Part shown: positions 36,900 through 46,222 of the stretch, in pieces
How the letters are laid out: each line of letters opens with the position of its first letter
Position numbering within the stretch: the first letter of the stretch is position 1
NCBI GenBank assembly: GCA_002399025.1
Contig: DHCV01000027.1
Span: 1,023-65,022, forward strand
Source: Bacteroidales bacterium UBA4893
Lineage (GTDB): Bacteria; Bacteroidota; Bacteroidia; Bacteroidales; P3
DNA: 64,000 nucleotides
Reading direction: 5' to 3'
Translations under genes and position numbers: made by a program
Notes under the pieces: generated by a model
What the model saw: the letters and a program-made list of their open reading frames with translations, nothing else
Told to the model about the DNA's origin: nothing
Database searches by the model: none

Positions 36900-37688
36900 C
36901 TATTTTCTGTTTTTAACCAAGATGTCCATGAATGTAATTGAAGAATCTTCCATTGTTGTAACTATACCTTCAATTTTTGAAAGTAGGTAGTTGTAACAAA
37001 CTTGAAGAATTAAAGCAACAATCAAACCAAAGATTGTTGTGATAAGAGCTACTTTCATACCTCCTGCAACAACTGTTGGAGAAATATCACCTGCTTTTTC
37101 AATATCATCAAATGCTTGAACCATACCAACAACTGTTCCTAAGAACCCTAGTGATGGTGCAATTGTAATGAATAATGAAATCCAGCTCATATTGCTTTCT
37201 AATCTTGCCATTTGAACTCCTCCATAAGAGGTTAGAGCCTTTTCTGCATCTTCCAATCCATTTCCAACACGGTCAAGACCTTGGAAAAATATTGATGCTA
37301 GAGGTCCGCGAGTATTACGACAAACTTCTTTAGCTGCTTCATAGTCATTTCCTTCAACTTTTTCTTCAATTTGTTTTAGAAGTTTTTCAGCATTTGTTGT
37401 TGCTAAATTAAGGTAAAGGATTCTTTCAATTACTAAAGCAAGACCTAAAATCATACAAATTAAGATTGGAGTCATCCATGGCACTCCACCCTCAATGTAT
37501 TTAGTTTTTAGAACTTGATGAAATGATTGAGTTTCAGCTGGAACTTCTTCTTGAGCCTGAGCTACAGGTTCTACAACTGCTGATTCGGTTGTTTCTGTTT
37601 CGGTTGCTTGATTTTGTGCAAAAACAGTGTTTGATAAACCTAAAGTCAATATTGCGAATATTGACAAGTAAGCACATACTTTTTTCAT
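36900..37688 (-). CDS. exbB: MotA/TolQ/ExbB proton-channel family protein
   Basis: 262-aa ORF with a signal-like N-terminus and an acidic linker. The conserved C-terminal region is IAPSLGFLGTVVGMVQAF...GGMKVALITTIFGLIVA. Confidence 0.88.
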   Translation of the reverse strand: MKKVCAYLSIFAILTLGLSNTVFAQNQATETETTESAVVEPVAQAQEEVPAETQSFHQVLKTKYIEGGVPWMTPILICMILGLALVIERILYLNLATTNAEKLLKQIEEKVEGNDYEAAKEVCRNTRGPLASIFFQGLDRVGNGLEDAEKALTSYGGVQMARLESNMSWISLFITIAPSLGFLGTVVGMVQAFDDIEKAGDISPTVVAGGMKVALITTIFGLIVALILQVCYNYLLSKIEGIVTTMEDSSITFMDILVKNRK

Positions 37689-37743
37689 AGCTTTTCTTAT
37701 TGTGTTATTAAATTTTTTTATTAAAATTTTGATTTCAATTGTG

Positions 37744-37751
37744 CAAAAGTA
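37744..37751 (-). promoter_or_regulatory. Candidate -7 box (TACTTTTG on minus) for exbB
   Basis: CAAAAGTA on plus lies 55 nt upstream of the ATG at 37688. Confidence 0.4.
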
Positions 37752-37762
37752 TTAAAGATATT

Positions 37763-39064
37763 TTATTTGACCAACTTATTATGAATTTTTTTTATTTCAT
37801 CCTCCATATTTTTTGACACAAGAATTTTATCTATTCTTGCAATATCCATATCAACTATTTCAAAGCAAAATAATTCCCAATATATCTTATCGCCTTCTTT
37901 TGGTATTTTTCCACTTAAATCCAAAATAAGTCCACTTATTGTATTATAATCTAATTCTTGATATTTATTTTCCAACTCAAAATAGCTTAAGAAATCAAAA
38001 AAAGGATATTGACCATCTAAGAGCCATGTGCCATCCTCTCTTTTGACCATTTGATATTCATCACTGACACCTATCTCTTCTGCTGAGCCAATCAATGACT
38101 CTAAAATATCATTCATCGTTACCATTCCAATAATCAATCCAAATTCATCAATTAAAAGAGAATAACTTATTTTCTTCTCCTTAAATACTTCTAAAGCATG
38201 ATAAGCGCTTGAGCTTTCGGGTAAGAATTGTGGCTCCTTAACAATGTCTCTTATTGTACCCTCTTTCTTGTTGAACATATCTTTAAGAAAAACAACCCCA
38301 ATAATATTATCAAGAGATTTATCAGCCACTGGATATATATAATGTATATTATATTTTAACTTTTCTATTATTTGCTCATACCCATCATCAACATCAAACC
38401 ATTCAAAATCTATTCTATGCGTCATAAGAGAAGAAACATCTCTATCTCCCAAACTAAAAACCCTCTCAACAATATCTTGCTCAACTTCTTGAATCTCTCC
38501 GTCTTCAGTGCTTTCATTAATAATTTGTTTGATTTCATCCTCCGTAATTATTGAGTCTTCATTCTTTTTTATCCTAAAGACTTTCAATAAGAAAATAGTA
38601 CTTTTGGAAAGAATAACAACAAAAGGATATGTCAGCTTAGTAAGTAAATTCATTGGAGAAATTATTACCCCTGCAATCTTCTCAGGATTATTTAATCCAA
38701 TCTTTTTTGGGAGCAATTCTCCAAGTACTAATGTAAAATATGTTACGATTACTATTACTAAAATATTAGCAAGCCAAATTGAAGATAATCCAAGTCCCAA
38801 GTTTTCTAAAACATGACTTAGAGGGATTGATAGACTTTTGCCAGAATACAAACCAGTTATTAATCCAATTGCTGTTATGGCTATTTGAACAGTTGATAAA
38901 AAATACTCAGGCTTTTCTGCAGTTTTCAAAATCTTTTGAGCCTTTAAATCTCCCTTTCTGGTTAACGACTCAAGTTTTGACTTTCGAGAAGAAACAACGG
39001 CTATCTCTGCCATAGAGAAAAGACCATTGATAAGTATTAAGATAAGAATAATTATTATTTCCAC
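37763..39064 (-). CDS. CNNM(DUF21)-CBS-CorC_HlyC domain protein (hemolysin/TlyC family, putative Mg/Co efflux)
   Basis: 433-aa ORF with 4 N-terminal TM helices starting MEIIIILILILINGLFSMAEIAVVS, a CBS pair and a C-terminal transporter-associated domain. Confidence 0.85.
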   Translation of the reverse strand: MEIIIILILILINGLFSMAEIAVVSSRKSKLESLTRKGDLKAQKILKTAEKPEYFLSTVQIAITAIGLITGLYSGKSLSIPLSHVLENLGLGLSSIWLANILVIVIVTYFTLVLGELLPKKIGLNNPEKIAGVIISPMNLLTKLTYPFVVILSKSTIFLLKVFRIKKNEDSIITEDEIKQIINESTEDGEIQEVEQDIVERVFSLGDRDVSSLMTHRIDFEWFDVDDGYEQIIEKLKYNIHYIYPVADKSLDNIIGVVFLKDMFNKKEGTIRDIVKEPQFLPESSSAYHALEVFKEKKISYSLLIDEFGLIIGMVTMNDILESLIGSAEEIGVSDEYQMVKREDGTWLLDGQYPFFDFLSYFELENKYQELDYNTISGLILDLSGKIPKEGDKIYWELFCFEIVDMDIARIDKILVSKNMEDEIKKIHNKLVK

Positions 39065-39069
39065 CTTAT

Positions 39070-39729
39070 TTATTGAATGCTATTGTCTAATTCTGAATTC
39101 TGAGAATCAGTTAGGATTACCTTTTCCTTTGTTCCTTCTTTTTTTGTTGGGGAAACAAGTAAGGAAATAAGTAAAATTAAAACTCCTATTGTTATTGAAA
39201 TATCTGCTACATTAAAGATTGCATTAAAAAAGCGAAATGATTCTCCACCAACAAATGGCATCCATTCAGGATAGGTAGTATTTATTATTGGAAAGTAAAA
39301 CATATCTACAACCTTGCCGTGAAGAAATGTTCCGTAGCCTCCTTGGAATATTGTTGCTGTGTTGAAGAGTGAACTTTCTGAAAAGATTAATCCATAGAAA
39401 AGTGAATCAATAATATTACCGATAGCTCCTGCAAAAATCAAAGACATACTATATATTATTAATTTAGATTCTTTTCTTTCTATGAGCTTCTTTAAATAAA
39501 TAAAGATAAGCACTGAGGCAATTACTCTAAACAATGTTAGAAGCAATTTTCCCCAATCTCCACCAAAACTCATCCCAAAAGCCATTCCTTCATTCTCAAT
39601 GAAATGAATCTTACACCAGTTCCCAATTAAAGAGATTTCCTCTCCAATGCACAAATTTAGCTTAACCCAAATCTTTACTATTTGATCTATAATTAGAATA
39701 GAAAAGATAAGAATAAGAGGTTTTTTCAT
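39070..39729 (-). CDS. lspA: Lipoprotein signal peptidase (signal peptidase II)
   Basis: 219-aa ORF with the motifs ENEGMAFGM, GAIGNIIDS and FNVADISITIG. Confidence 0.9.
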   Translation of the reverse strand: MKKPLILIFSILIIDQIVKIWVKLNLCIGEEISLIGNWCKIHFIENEGMAFGMSFGGDWGKLLLTLFRVIASVLIFIYLKKLIERKESKLIIYSMSLIFAGAIGNIIDSLFYGLIFSESSLFNTATIFQGGYGTFLHGKVVDMFYFPIINTTYPEWMPFVGGESFRFFNAIFNVADISITIGVLILLISLLVSPTKKEGTKEKVILTDSQNSELDNSIQ

Positions 39730-39734
39730 TTATA

Positions 39735-40130
39735 CTACTTCTTTTTGCCTTGTTGATTTTTGGCTTCAACCGTAAGGGTTGCGTGAGGAACTAAACGAAG
39801 GCGTTCCTTAGGGATTAATTCTCCTGTAACCCTACAAACACCATAGGTTTTGTTCTCAATCCTAATTAGTGCTGCTTCCAAATCCTTAATGAATTTTTGT
39901 TGTCTTGCAGCCATATTAGCATTTTCTTCTTTAGAATAAACGCTACTCCCTTCTTCCAATACCTTAAATGTTGGAGAAGTGTCGCCTAAATCATTTGCAT
40001 CATTTGAAAAAGCCTCTAATAACATTGCAAGATTTTCTTTAGCTTGAGCAAGTTTGTCCTCAATGATTTCCTTAAATTCGTTCAATTCCTCGTCAGAATA
40101 CCTTTTTACAACTTTATTACTGCCACTCAT
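39735..40130 (-). CDS. DksA/TraR-family protein (Bacteroidota type with a degenerate C4 finger)
   Basis: 131-aa ORF with a coiled-coil N-terminus and the C-terminal YGVCRVTGELIPKERLRLVPHATL, which is typical of the TraR/DksA gene that precedes lspA in Bacteroidota. Confidence 0.8.
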   Translation of the reverse strand: MSGSNKVVKRYSDEELNEFKEIIEDKLAQAKENLAMLLEAFSNDANDLGDTSPTFKVLEEGSSVYSKEENANMAARQQKFIKDLEAALIRIENKTYGVCRVTGELIPKERLRLVPHATLTVEAKNQQGKKK

Positions 40131-40159
40131 ATCAAATAATTTATGTTAAATTAATGTTG

Positions 40160-40167
40160 CAAAGATA
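40160..40167 (-). promoter_or_regulatory. Candidate -7 box (TATCTTTG on minus) for dksA-lspA-CNNM
   Basis: CAAAGATA on plus lies 29 nt upstream of the ATG at 40130. Confidence 0.4.
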
Positions 40168-40281
40168 TAAAAGTTTTTTAGAAATATGTAAATAAACTCT
40201 CTCTGTGCATATTTTTTTCAAATTATTCCCTTTTTGGGGGATAAAAGAAATTCAGAAAAAAATATACGAGACTTATTTGAA

Positions 40282-40344
40282 ATTATCTCAGAGAAAAATA
40301 AAATTATCTCTGACAAAAAATAAATTATCTCTGACAAAAATTTA
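40282..40344. repeat. Three 21-bp tandem units ATTATCTC(A/T)GA(G/C)AAAAA(T)AAA
   Basis: Units at 40282-40302, 40303-40323 and 40324-40344. The segment 40271-40302 is the near-exact reverse complement of 5491-5523. Confidence 0.85.
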
Positions 40345-40543
40345 AAAGGTCGGCAGATAATTTTATTTATACAAGAAGATTTTTTCCTTTTGTTAAAGTT
40401 TAGCGAGATTTTGGAAGAAAGATTTTTCAAAATAATAAATTAGGAATATGAAATTAAGAACAAGAAAATGCGTATTTCTGAATTAAATTATTTTCAATTA
40501 ATATATTATTTGTACTTTTGTCAATTATATTTTTAGCAAAACC

Positions 40544-41830
40544 ATGATTCATACAAAAAATAATAGGATAAATTCACTTCTTAAAACACTCATTTTGATT
40601 TGTTTTATGCTTATTATTTCTTTGCCCTCACAGTCTCAAGACAGAAAAAAATTAGAAGACCAGAAGGCAAAGATAGAAAGAGAAATCAATGCCATTAATG
40701 CAATTTTAAAAGAGACTAAAAACACTAAGAGAATGTCTGCTTCCGAGCTTTCTATTCTTAAACGGAAAATTGCTTCCCGTCAAAAGCTAATTGACAATAT
40801 CTCCAAGCAAATGAATATGATAAATGGAGAAATATTAAATACTCAAAAATCTATTGTTGAGATAAATAATGAAATTTCTGTATTGAAAAAAGATTATGCT
40901 AAAATGCTTCGCTACGCACAGTATAATAGAACTTCAACAGATAAGCTCCTATTCATCTTTTCGTCAAAAAATTATCGTCAAGCCTATCAGCGTTACGTTT
41001 TCTTTCGTCAATATGGCGATATGCAAAAGAATATGATTAGCAACATTAAGGCAAAATCGGACGAACTGGAGAAGAAGACTAATGAACTCTCTTTGAAGAA
41101 GAAAAATCAAGAAAGCCTTCTTCAGCAAGAAGAGAAAAACAAGAAAAGCCTTACTCAAGAACAACAGGTTAAGCAAAGAAATATTAATAAGTTGAGCAAG
41201 AAAGAAAAACAACTCACTCAACAAATAAGACAAAAACAAGCCCAGAGAAAAAAACTCCAAAATCAGATTAACGCTGCCATTGCTGCAGAGGTTAAACGTC
41301 AGGCTGCTATTGCTGCAAAGAAACAAAAAGAAGCCTTGGGCAAGGATGCTGACAAGCCAAAAGCAACTCCTGGCAAAAAGACTGAATATGTTATGAGTGC
41401 AACACCTGAAGAAGTTAAACTTTCTAATAGCTTTGCTTCAAACAGAGGAAGATTGCCTTGGCCAGTTGAACAAGGAGTTGTTACAAGTCAGTTTGGGACA
41501 CATCCTCATCCTGATATAAAAGGAATTATGATTGAAAATAACGGAATAGATATTCAAACTCCTCGCGCAAGTGCAATTAGGGCAGTGTTTGATGGAGTGG
41601 TATCAAGGATATTCCGTGGTCCAACAGGACAACAAAACATAATAATTCGTCATGGAGAATATCTAACCGTTTATACTAATCTTTCCTCTGTAAGCGTTTC
41701 AGTTGGCTCTAAGGTTTCAACCAAACAAACTTTGGGGATAATTTATACAAACAGCGATAACGTTTCAGAGTTCAACTTCCAAGTTTGGAAAGGGAATAGT
41801 AAACAAAATCCTTCTGCGTGGATAAAATAA
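40544..41830 (+). CDS. EnvC-like murein hydrolase activator / M23 (LytM) peptidase with a long coiled coil
   Basis: 428-aa ORF with a signal peptide, a ~250-aa Q/K-rich coiled coil and a C-terminal LytM domain (NNGIDIQTPRASAIRAVFDGVVS...IIRHGEYLTVYTNL). Confidence 0.85.
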   Translation: MIHTKNNRINSLLKTLILICFMLIISLPSQSQDRKKLEDQKAKIEREINAINAILKETKNTKRMSASELSILKRKIASRQKLIDNISKQMNMINGEILNTQKSIVEINNEISVLKKDYAKMLRYAQYNRTSTDKLLFIFSSKNYRQAYQRYVFFRQYGDMQKNMISNIKAKSDELEKKTNELSLKKKNQESLLQQEEKNKKSLTQEQQVKQRNINKLSKKEKQLTQQIRQKQAQRKKLQNQINAAIAAEVKRQAAIAAKKQKEALGKDADKPKATPGKKTEYVMSATPEEVKLSNSFASNRGRLPWPVEQGVVTSQFGTHPHPDIKGIMIENNGIDIQTPRASAIRAVFDGVVSRIFRGPTGQQNIIIRHGEYLTVYTNLSSVSVSVGSKVSTKQTLGIIYTNSDNVSEFNFQVWKGNSKQNPSAWIK

Positions 41831-41855
41831 TATTAGATAAATAAAAATAATAATA

Positions 41856-43889
41856 ATGAAACAAATAAGAATAACAATAACATTTGCAGCAATACTCCTA
41901 TTTGCTGGAAGTGTTTTTTCCCAAGCAAAATGGGATTTCAAAACAAATAAAATCAACGACTCAATTTCTGAGTTACAATTAAGAGTTAAACTCGGAGAAG
42001 GCTGGCATATATATTCTCAACACACAAAAGGGACAGAGCTTCCAATTGTGTTTGAGTTTGAGAAGAGCAACGACTATATAAGAATGGGTAATGTTGTGGA
42101 ACCTAAATCAATTGCAGAATATGATAAATATGCAAAGGACACAACAAGACATTTTGAAGGAACAGTAGTTTTTCGCCAAAAGATTAAGGTTAGAGGGGAA
42201 AAAGATTTTAAGGTAAAAGGAAATGTTAATTTCCAGCTATGCGAAAAGGGTTCTTGTATTCCTCCTGAAGATGTTGCCTTTAGTTTTGATGTTAAGGGAA
42301 ATCCTAAAGCCGCTCAAATGGAAGAGGTTGCAGTGGAGCAAGAGCCAGAAACTGAAACTACAACCCAAGCTCAAGCAACTACACTAACACAAACTCCAAC
42401 AACAACTCAAGCAGATGGAGATGAAAATAAGGATAGTTCTATGTTAATGATTTTTCTAATTTCACTTGGAGCAGGACTTTTGACATTGGTAACCCCTTGC
42501 GTTTTTCCAATGGTGCCAATGACAATAAGTTTCTTTATGAAGGGGAAAAAGAGCAGAAAACAAGGACTTAAGGAGGCTTTCTTCTTTGGAGGCTCAATTA
42601 TTTTTATGTTTGCCGTTCTTGGATTAGCCCTAACCCTTCTTCTTGGAAAGGATGCAATGTATATTATTTCAACGCATTGGCTTCCAAACATCCTTTTCTT
42701 TGTTATATTTATGCTTTTTGCTTTCTCATTCTTTGGAATGTTTGAAATAACTCTTCCTTCTTCTTGGATAAATAAATCGGATAAAAACGCCGACAAGGGA
42801 GGTTATCTCGGAGCTTTCTTTATTGCACTAACAACAGTTTTGGTTTCTTTCTCATGCACAGGACCAATCTTGGGAGCAGCCCTTATGGGAGTTGCATCAA
42901 GCTCAACAAATAGTTTAGTTTTTCTAATTTCCATGATAGGATTCTCCTTAGGATTTGCACTTCCTTTCACTCTATTGGCAATGTTCCCTCAAATGCTTTC
43001 AAAAATGAAGTCTGGCTCATGGCTAAACACTACTAAGATTGTATTTGGATTTTTGGAAATTGCACTTGGGCTTAAATTCCTTTCAATGGCTGACCTTAGT
43101 GCCAATTGGGGACTTTTGGACAGAGAAACTTACTTAGTACTTTGGATAATAATATTTACACTTTTGGGATTCTACCTTCTTGGCAAACTAAAATTCAAGG
43201 GAGACAGCGACCTGCAACAAATTGGTGTTGGACGTTTATTCCTTTCCATAATTACTTTTTCATTTGCTCTTTATATGCTACCAGGACTTTGGGGAGCTCC
43301 TCTAAAAGCTATTTCGGGATATGTTCCTCCAATGACAACACAAGACTTTAATATTGAACGCTCAATCATTGAAAATGCAGACAAGGTTAGTGTTGGGGAG
43401 GCTAATCCTAATTCCCTTCCAGCAAATAGAAAATATGCCGACCAATTACATTTCCCAACAGGATTTGATGGTTTCTTTGACCTTGAAGAAGCAAAAGCCT
43501 ATGCAAAGCAGGTTGGAAAACCTCTATTTATTGACTTCACAGGAAAGACATGTGCAAACTGTCGTGAGATGGAATACTATGTTTGGGAAGACAAGCAAGT
43601 GAAGAAAATCCTTACTCAAGACTATGTTATGGTTGCACTTTATGCTGATGCCAATTTTATTAAACTTCCTGAAAACGAATGGGTAACCCTAAAGGATGGA
43701 ACAGTGGTTAAGACACTTGGGAAGAAGAACCATAACTATCAAATTGAGCATTTTAATGCTAATGCACAGCCTTTATACGTTCTGATGAGTGCAGACGGAA
43801 CAATTCTCAACACTCCAAAGGGTTATGATAGGAATGTGGAAAATTTCGTTAAGTTTTTGGAAGAAGGTAAGGCTAACTTTAAGAATTAA
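41856..43889 (+). CDS. dsbD: Thiol:disulfide interchange protein DsbD-type (N-terminal domain, CcdA-like TM core, C-terminal thioredoxin fold)
   Basis: 677-aa ORF with a TM core containing LVTPCVFPMVP and SFSCTGPILG, and C-terminal FTGKTCANCREME (CxxC). Confidence 0.85.
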   Translation: MKQIRITITFAAILLFAGSVFSQAKWDFKTNKINDSISELQLRVKLGEGWHIYSQHTKGTELPIVFEFEKSNDYIRMGNVVEPKSIAEYDKYAKDTTRHFEGTVVFRQKIKVRGEKDFKVKGNVNFQLCEKGSCIPPEDVAFSFDVKGNPKAAQMEEVAVEQEPETETTTQAQATTLTQTPTTTQADGDENKDSSMLMIFLISLGAGLLTLVTPCVFPMVPMTISFFMKGKKSRKQGLKEAFFFGGSIIFMFAVLGLALTLLLGKDAMYIISTHWLPNILFFVIFMLFAFSFFGMFEITLPSSWINKSDKNADKGGYLGAFFIALTTVLVSFSCTGPILGAALMGVASSSTNSLVFLISMIGFSLGFALPFTLLAMFPQMLSKMKSGSWLNTTKIVFGFLEIALGLKFLSMADLSANWGLLDRETYLVLWIIIFTLLGFYLLGKLKFKGDSDLQQIGVGRLFLSIITFSFALYMLPGLWGAPLKAISGYVPPMTTQDFNIERSIIENADKVSVGEANPNSLPANRKYADQLHFPTGFDGFFDLEEAKAYAKQVGKPLFIDFTGKTCANCREMEYYVWEDKQVKKILTQDYVMVALYADANFIKLPENEWVTLKDGTVVKTLGKKNHNYQIEHFNANAQPLYVLMSADGTILNTPKGYDRNVENFVKFLEEGKANFKN

Positions 43890-43947
43890 ACCCCTATTTA
43901 ATTAAAAATAAGCTCCGACTTTTTTTGCGTAAGTCAAGTTTATTTTC

Positions 43948-43993
43948 AAATAACCTTAGTTTATTTTTCACTAAACTAAGGTTATTTTTTTGG
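43948..43993 (+). terminator. Rho-independent terminator after dsbD
   Basis: 16-bp stem AAATAACCTTAGTTTA/TAAACTAAGGTTATTT (43948-43963 and 43972-43987) followed by a T run. Confidence 0.75.
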
Positions 43994-44012
43994 ATTGAGA
44001 ATTAGGGAAATT

Positions 44013-44096
44013 AAAACCTCGTTTTAGTAAATTAACTCTTCGTTTCAGTAGATTAAAACGAAGAGTTAGTAAATTAAAATAAGGTTTCATTTTTCA
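44013..44096. repeat. Four 21-bp units of the shared-word family, with units 2 and 3 forming a 12-bp-stem hairpin
   Basis: Units: AAAACCTCGTTTTAGTAAATT (44013), AACTCTTCGTTTCAGTAGATT (44034), AAAACGAAGAGTTAGTAAATT (44055) and AAAATAAGGTTTCATTTTTCA (44076). AACTCTTCGTTT pairs with AAACGAAGAGTT. Confidence 0.85.
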
Positions 44097-44148
44097 GAAG
44101 CCTATTATTTATATATGTCAATTTAAGAGCTATTAGGATAAAAACTTG

Positions 44149-44156
44149 TAAATTTG
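44149..44156 (+). promoter_or_regulatory. Candidate -7 box TAAATTTG for the exonuclease gene
   Basis: It lies 38 nt upstream of the ATG at 44195. Confidence 0.4.
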
Positions 44157-44194
44157 CAGTTCAAATACATAAGAACACTAAATAAATAACTCCT

Positions 44195-44812
44195 ATGATT
44201 GATTTTGTTGCCATTGATTTCGAAACTGCTGACATAAATTGTCCTTGCTCTTTGGGTGTTGCTGTTGTAAGGGACTCGAAGATAGTTTTAGTTAAGCAAT
44301 GGCTGATAAAACCTTCATGTTATCCCTATTTTCACTTCTATGCACAAAAAATTCACGGAATTCATAAAGAGGACGTTAAGTTTGAGCCTGAATTTGATGA
44401 ACTTTGGCACGAGATAAAGCCATATATTGAAAATCAAACCTTAGTTGCTCATAATGCGAGCTTTGATATGAGTATTTTACGCAAAACCTTAGATTTTTAT
44501 GAGATTGAACACCCTAAGTTTAGTCATTTTTGTACCTATCAAATCGCACGTTTGGCATGGAAGGACTACAAAAAATATTCATTAGACTTTCTTTGCGAGA
44601 AGGAAAACATTGAGTTTAAACATCATAATGCTGATTCTGACGCCTATGCTTGTGCAAGATTATTGTTGAGAGAGATGGAAGTTTTGGGGATTGAGGATTT
44701 AAACTCACTAAAGAAAATTACCCAAAAAGCAAATAGGGATGAAAAGATTGCAAAGCAGGAAAGAGAAATTTTGAAGAAAATCAAAAGGCAGGAGAAACTG
44801 AATACTAAATAA
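44195..44812 (+). CDS. DEDDh-type 3'-5' exonuclease (DnaQ/epsilon-like domain)
   Basis: 205-aa ORF with Exo motifs [20 protein letters not shown] and [10 protein letters not shown]. Confidence 0.85.
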   Translation: MIDFVAIDFETADINCPCSLGVAVVRDSKIVLVKQWLIKPSCYPYFHFYAQKIHGIHKEDVKFEPEFDELWHEIKPYIENQTLVAHNASFDMSILRKTLDFYEIEHPKFSHFCTYQIARLAWKDYKKYSLDFLCEKENIEFKHHNADSDAYACARLLLREMEVLGIEDLNSLKKITQKANRDEKIAKQEREILKKIKRQEKLNTK

Positions 44813-45869
44813 TTACTCCGCTTCCCAAACAGAGCTTTCCCTCATAATCATAAATCACACCAAACTGCCCAGAGGCAATTCCTTGAATCTTATCCTCAGA
44901 TTCAATTCTGTATATGTTGTTAATCTTCTTTAACTTACCATTAGTAAAGTCGGGAGTATGGCGTATTTTGAACAGAATGTCCTTTTCATCGGAAAACTCA
45001 CCCCAAACATCCTCTGTAATAAACTCAAAACCGCTTAGATTAACTATTTTCCCATATTGAGTCTGAGGGTCGTACCCTTGCGAAACATATAGAATATTAT
45101 TATCAATATCTTTTTCAACAACAAACCAAGGACCTCCACTTAAACCCAGTCCTTTGCGTTGGCCTATGGTATGAAACCAGTATCCATTATGCGAACCTAT
45201 CTTTTTCCCCGTTTCAAGTTCAATAATATCCCCTTTTCTTTCGCCCAAATACCTGCGAATAAAATCATTATAGTTTATCTTTCCTAAAAAACAAATCCCT
45301 TGGCTATCCTTACGATAGGCACTTGGGAGATGATTATCCTTTGCAATATTCCTAACCTCAGCTTTTAGGAGATTGCCAATAGGGAACATTAATCTTGAAA
45401 CCTGCATATAGTTTATCTGACCCAAAAAATAAGTTTGGTCTTTTTGTTTGTCCTTTGCAGTGGAGAGATACACCTTCTCCCCTACCTTAGTCGTTGTGCA
45501 GTAGTGTCCTGTTGCAATCTTATCGAACTCCTTCCCCCATTTTCTTTCAAAGGCTCCAAACTTAATTAGCTTATTGCACATCATATCCGGATTTGGGGTA
45601 AGTCCTCTACGAACAGCTTCAATTGTGTAGGAGACAACCTCTTGCCAATAATCCTCCTGAAGAGAAACAATCTCAAACTTGCATGCATATTTTTTTGCAA
45701 TATAGGAAGTTATCTCAATATCCTCTTCAGAAGGGCAGTCAATATAACCATCCTTGTCCTCCATTCCTATCTTAATGTAGAATATTGTAGGGTCGTAGCC
45801 CATTTCTTTTAGCTGATGAACCACAACCGAGCTATCCACACCTCCCGAAACCAATGCCGCAATTTTCAT
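44805..45869 (-). CDS. mnmA: tRNA 2-thiouridine(34) synthase
   Basis: The PP-loop [14 protein letters not shown] is at the N-terminus. The ORF is open to 45884, but the homologous start is the ATG at 45869. Also present: KDQTYFL and GICFLG. Confidence 0.92.
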   Translation of the reverse strand: MKIAALVSGGVDSSVVVHQLKEMGYDPTIFYIKIGMEDKDGYIDCPSEEDIEITSYIAKKYACKFEIVSLQEDYWQEVVSYTIEAVRRGLTPNPDMMCNKLIKFGAFERKWGKEFDKIATGHYCTTTKVGEKVYLSTAKDKQKDQTYFLGQINYMQVSRLMFPIGNLLKAEVRNIAKDNHLPSAYRKDSQGICFLGKINYNDFIRRYLGERKGDIIELETGKKIGSHNGYWFHTIGQRKGLGLSGGPWFVVEKDIDNNILYVSQGYDPQTQYGKIVNLSGFEFITEDVWGEFSDEKDILFKIRHTPDFTNGKLKKINNIYRIESEDKIQGIASGQFGVIYDYEGKLCLGSGVII

Positions 45870-45873
45870 TTTG

Positions 45874-45881
45874 CAAAAATA
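45874..45881 (-). promoter_or_regulatory. Candidate -7 box (TATTTTTG on minus) abutting the mnmA start codon
   Basis: The minus strand reads TATTTTTGCAAAATG, with 4 nt between the box and the ATG at 45869. Confidence 0.35.
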
Positions 45882-45930
45882 CAATAATATTAGGAAACTT
45901 TGCTTAACCTATTTCTTATTTCAATTTATC

Positions 45931-46035
45931 AGAATAAGGTTTTAGAAAATTAAAATCAAGTTATACGGAAATAGAATCAAGTTTTAGTAAATTAGAATCA
46001 AGAGATAAAAAATTAAAACTTGATTAAAAATTTTC
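45931..46035. repeat. Five 21-bp units of the shared-word family in the mnmA/dnaE divergent spacer
   Basis: Units start at 45931, 45952, 45973, 45994 and 46015: AGAATAAGGTTTTAGAAAATT, AAAATCAAGTTATACGGAAAT, AGAATCAAGTTTTAGTAAATT, AGAATCAAGAGATAAAAAATT and AAAACTTGATTAAAAATTTTC. The last carries the inverted word CTTGATT. Confidence 0.85.
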
Positions 46036-46179
46036 TGATTGTATTTATAATTTTGCAAAGGAATAAATATTCCCCTTATTTAAATATATTTAGATTTAGT
46101 AATAAAGTACTTTGATTATTTTTGAGGATTGTTAATAACTTTTTCCTCTTTTTATCTTTATTTGGCAATGGAAGTTCAT

Positions 46180-46187
46180 TATCTTTG
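46180..46187 (+). promoter_or_regulatory. Candidate -7 box TATCTTTG for dnaE
   Basis: It lies 35 nt upstream of the ATG at 46223. A second box, TAATTTTG, is at 46048-46055. Confidence 0.4.
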
Positions 46188-46222
46188 CAATTGATTCTTT
46201 TATATAATAAATTCTAATTTTT

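Noticed and set aside
40218-40430. 70-aa minus-strand ORF in the dksA/envC spacer
   Set aside because: Its sequence (…SEIIYFLSEIILFFSEII…) is simply the translation of the 21-bp tandem repeats. It is an artefact.
40964-41326. 120-aa antisense ORF inside the envC-like gene
   Set aside because: It lies opposite the low-complexity coiled-coil (K/Q/E-rich) coding region, which suppresses stop codons on the complementary strand.
44805-44812. 8-bp convergent overlap of the exonuclease and mnmA stop regions with no terminator between them
   Set aside because: This is real in the sequence, but such short convergent overlaps are common in compact genomes. I see nothing further to suggest antisense regulation.
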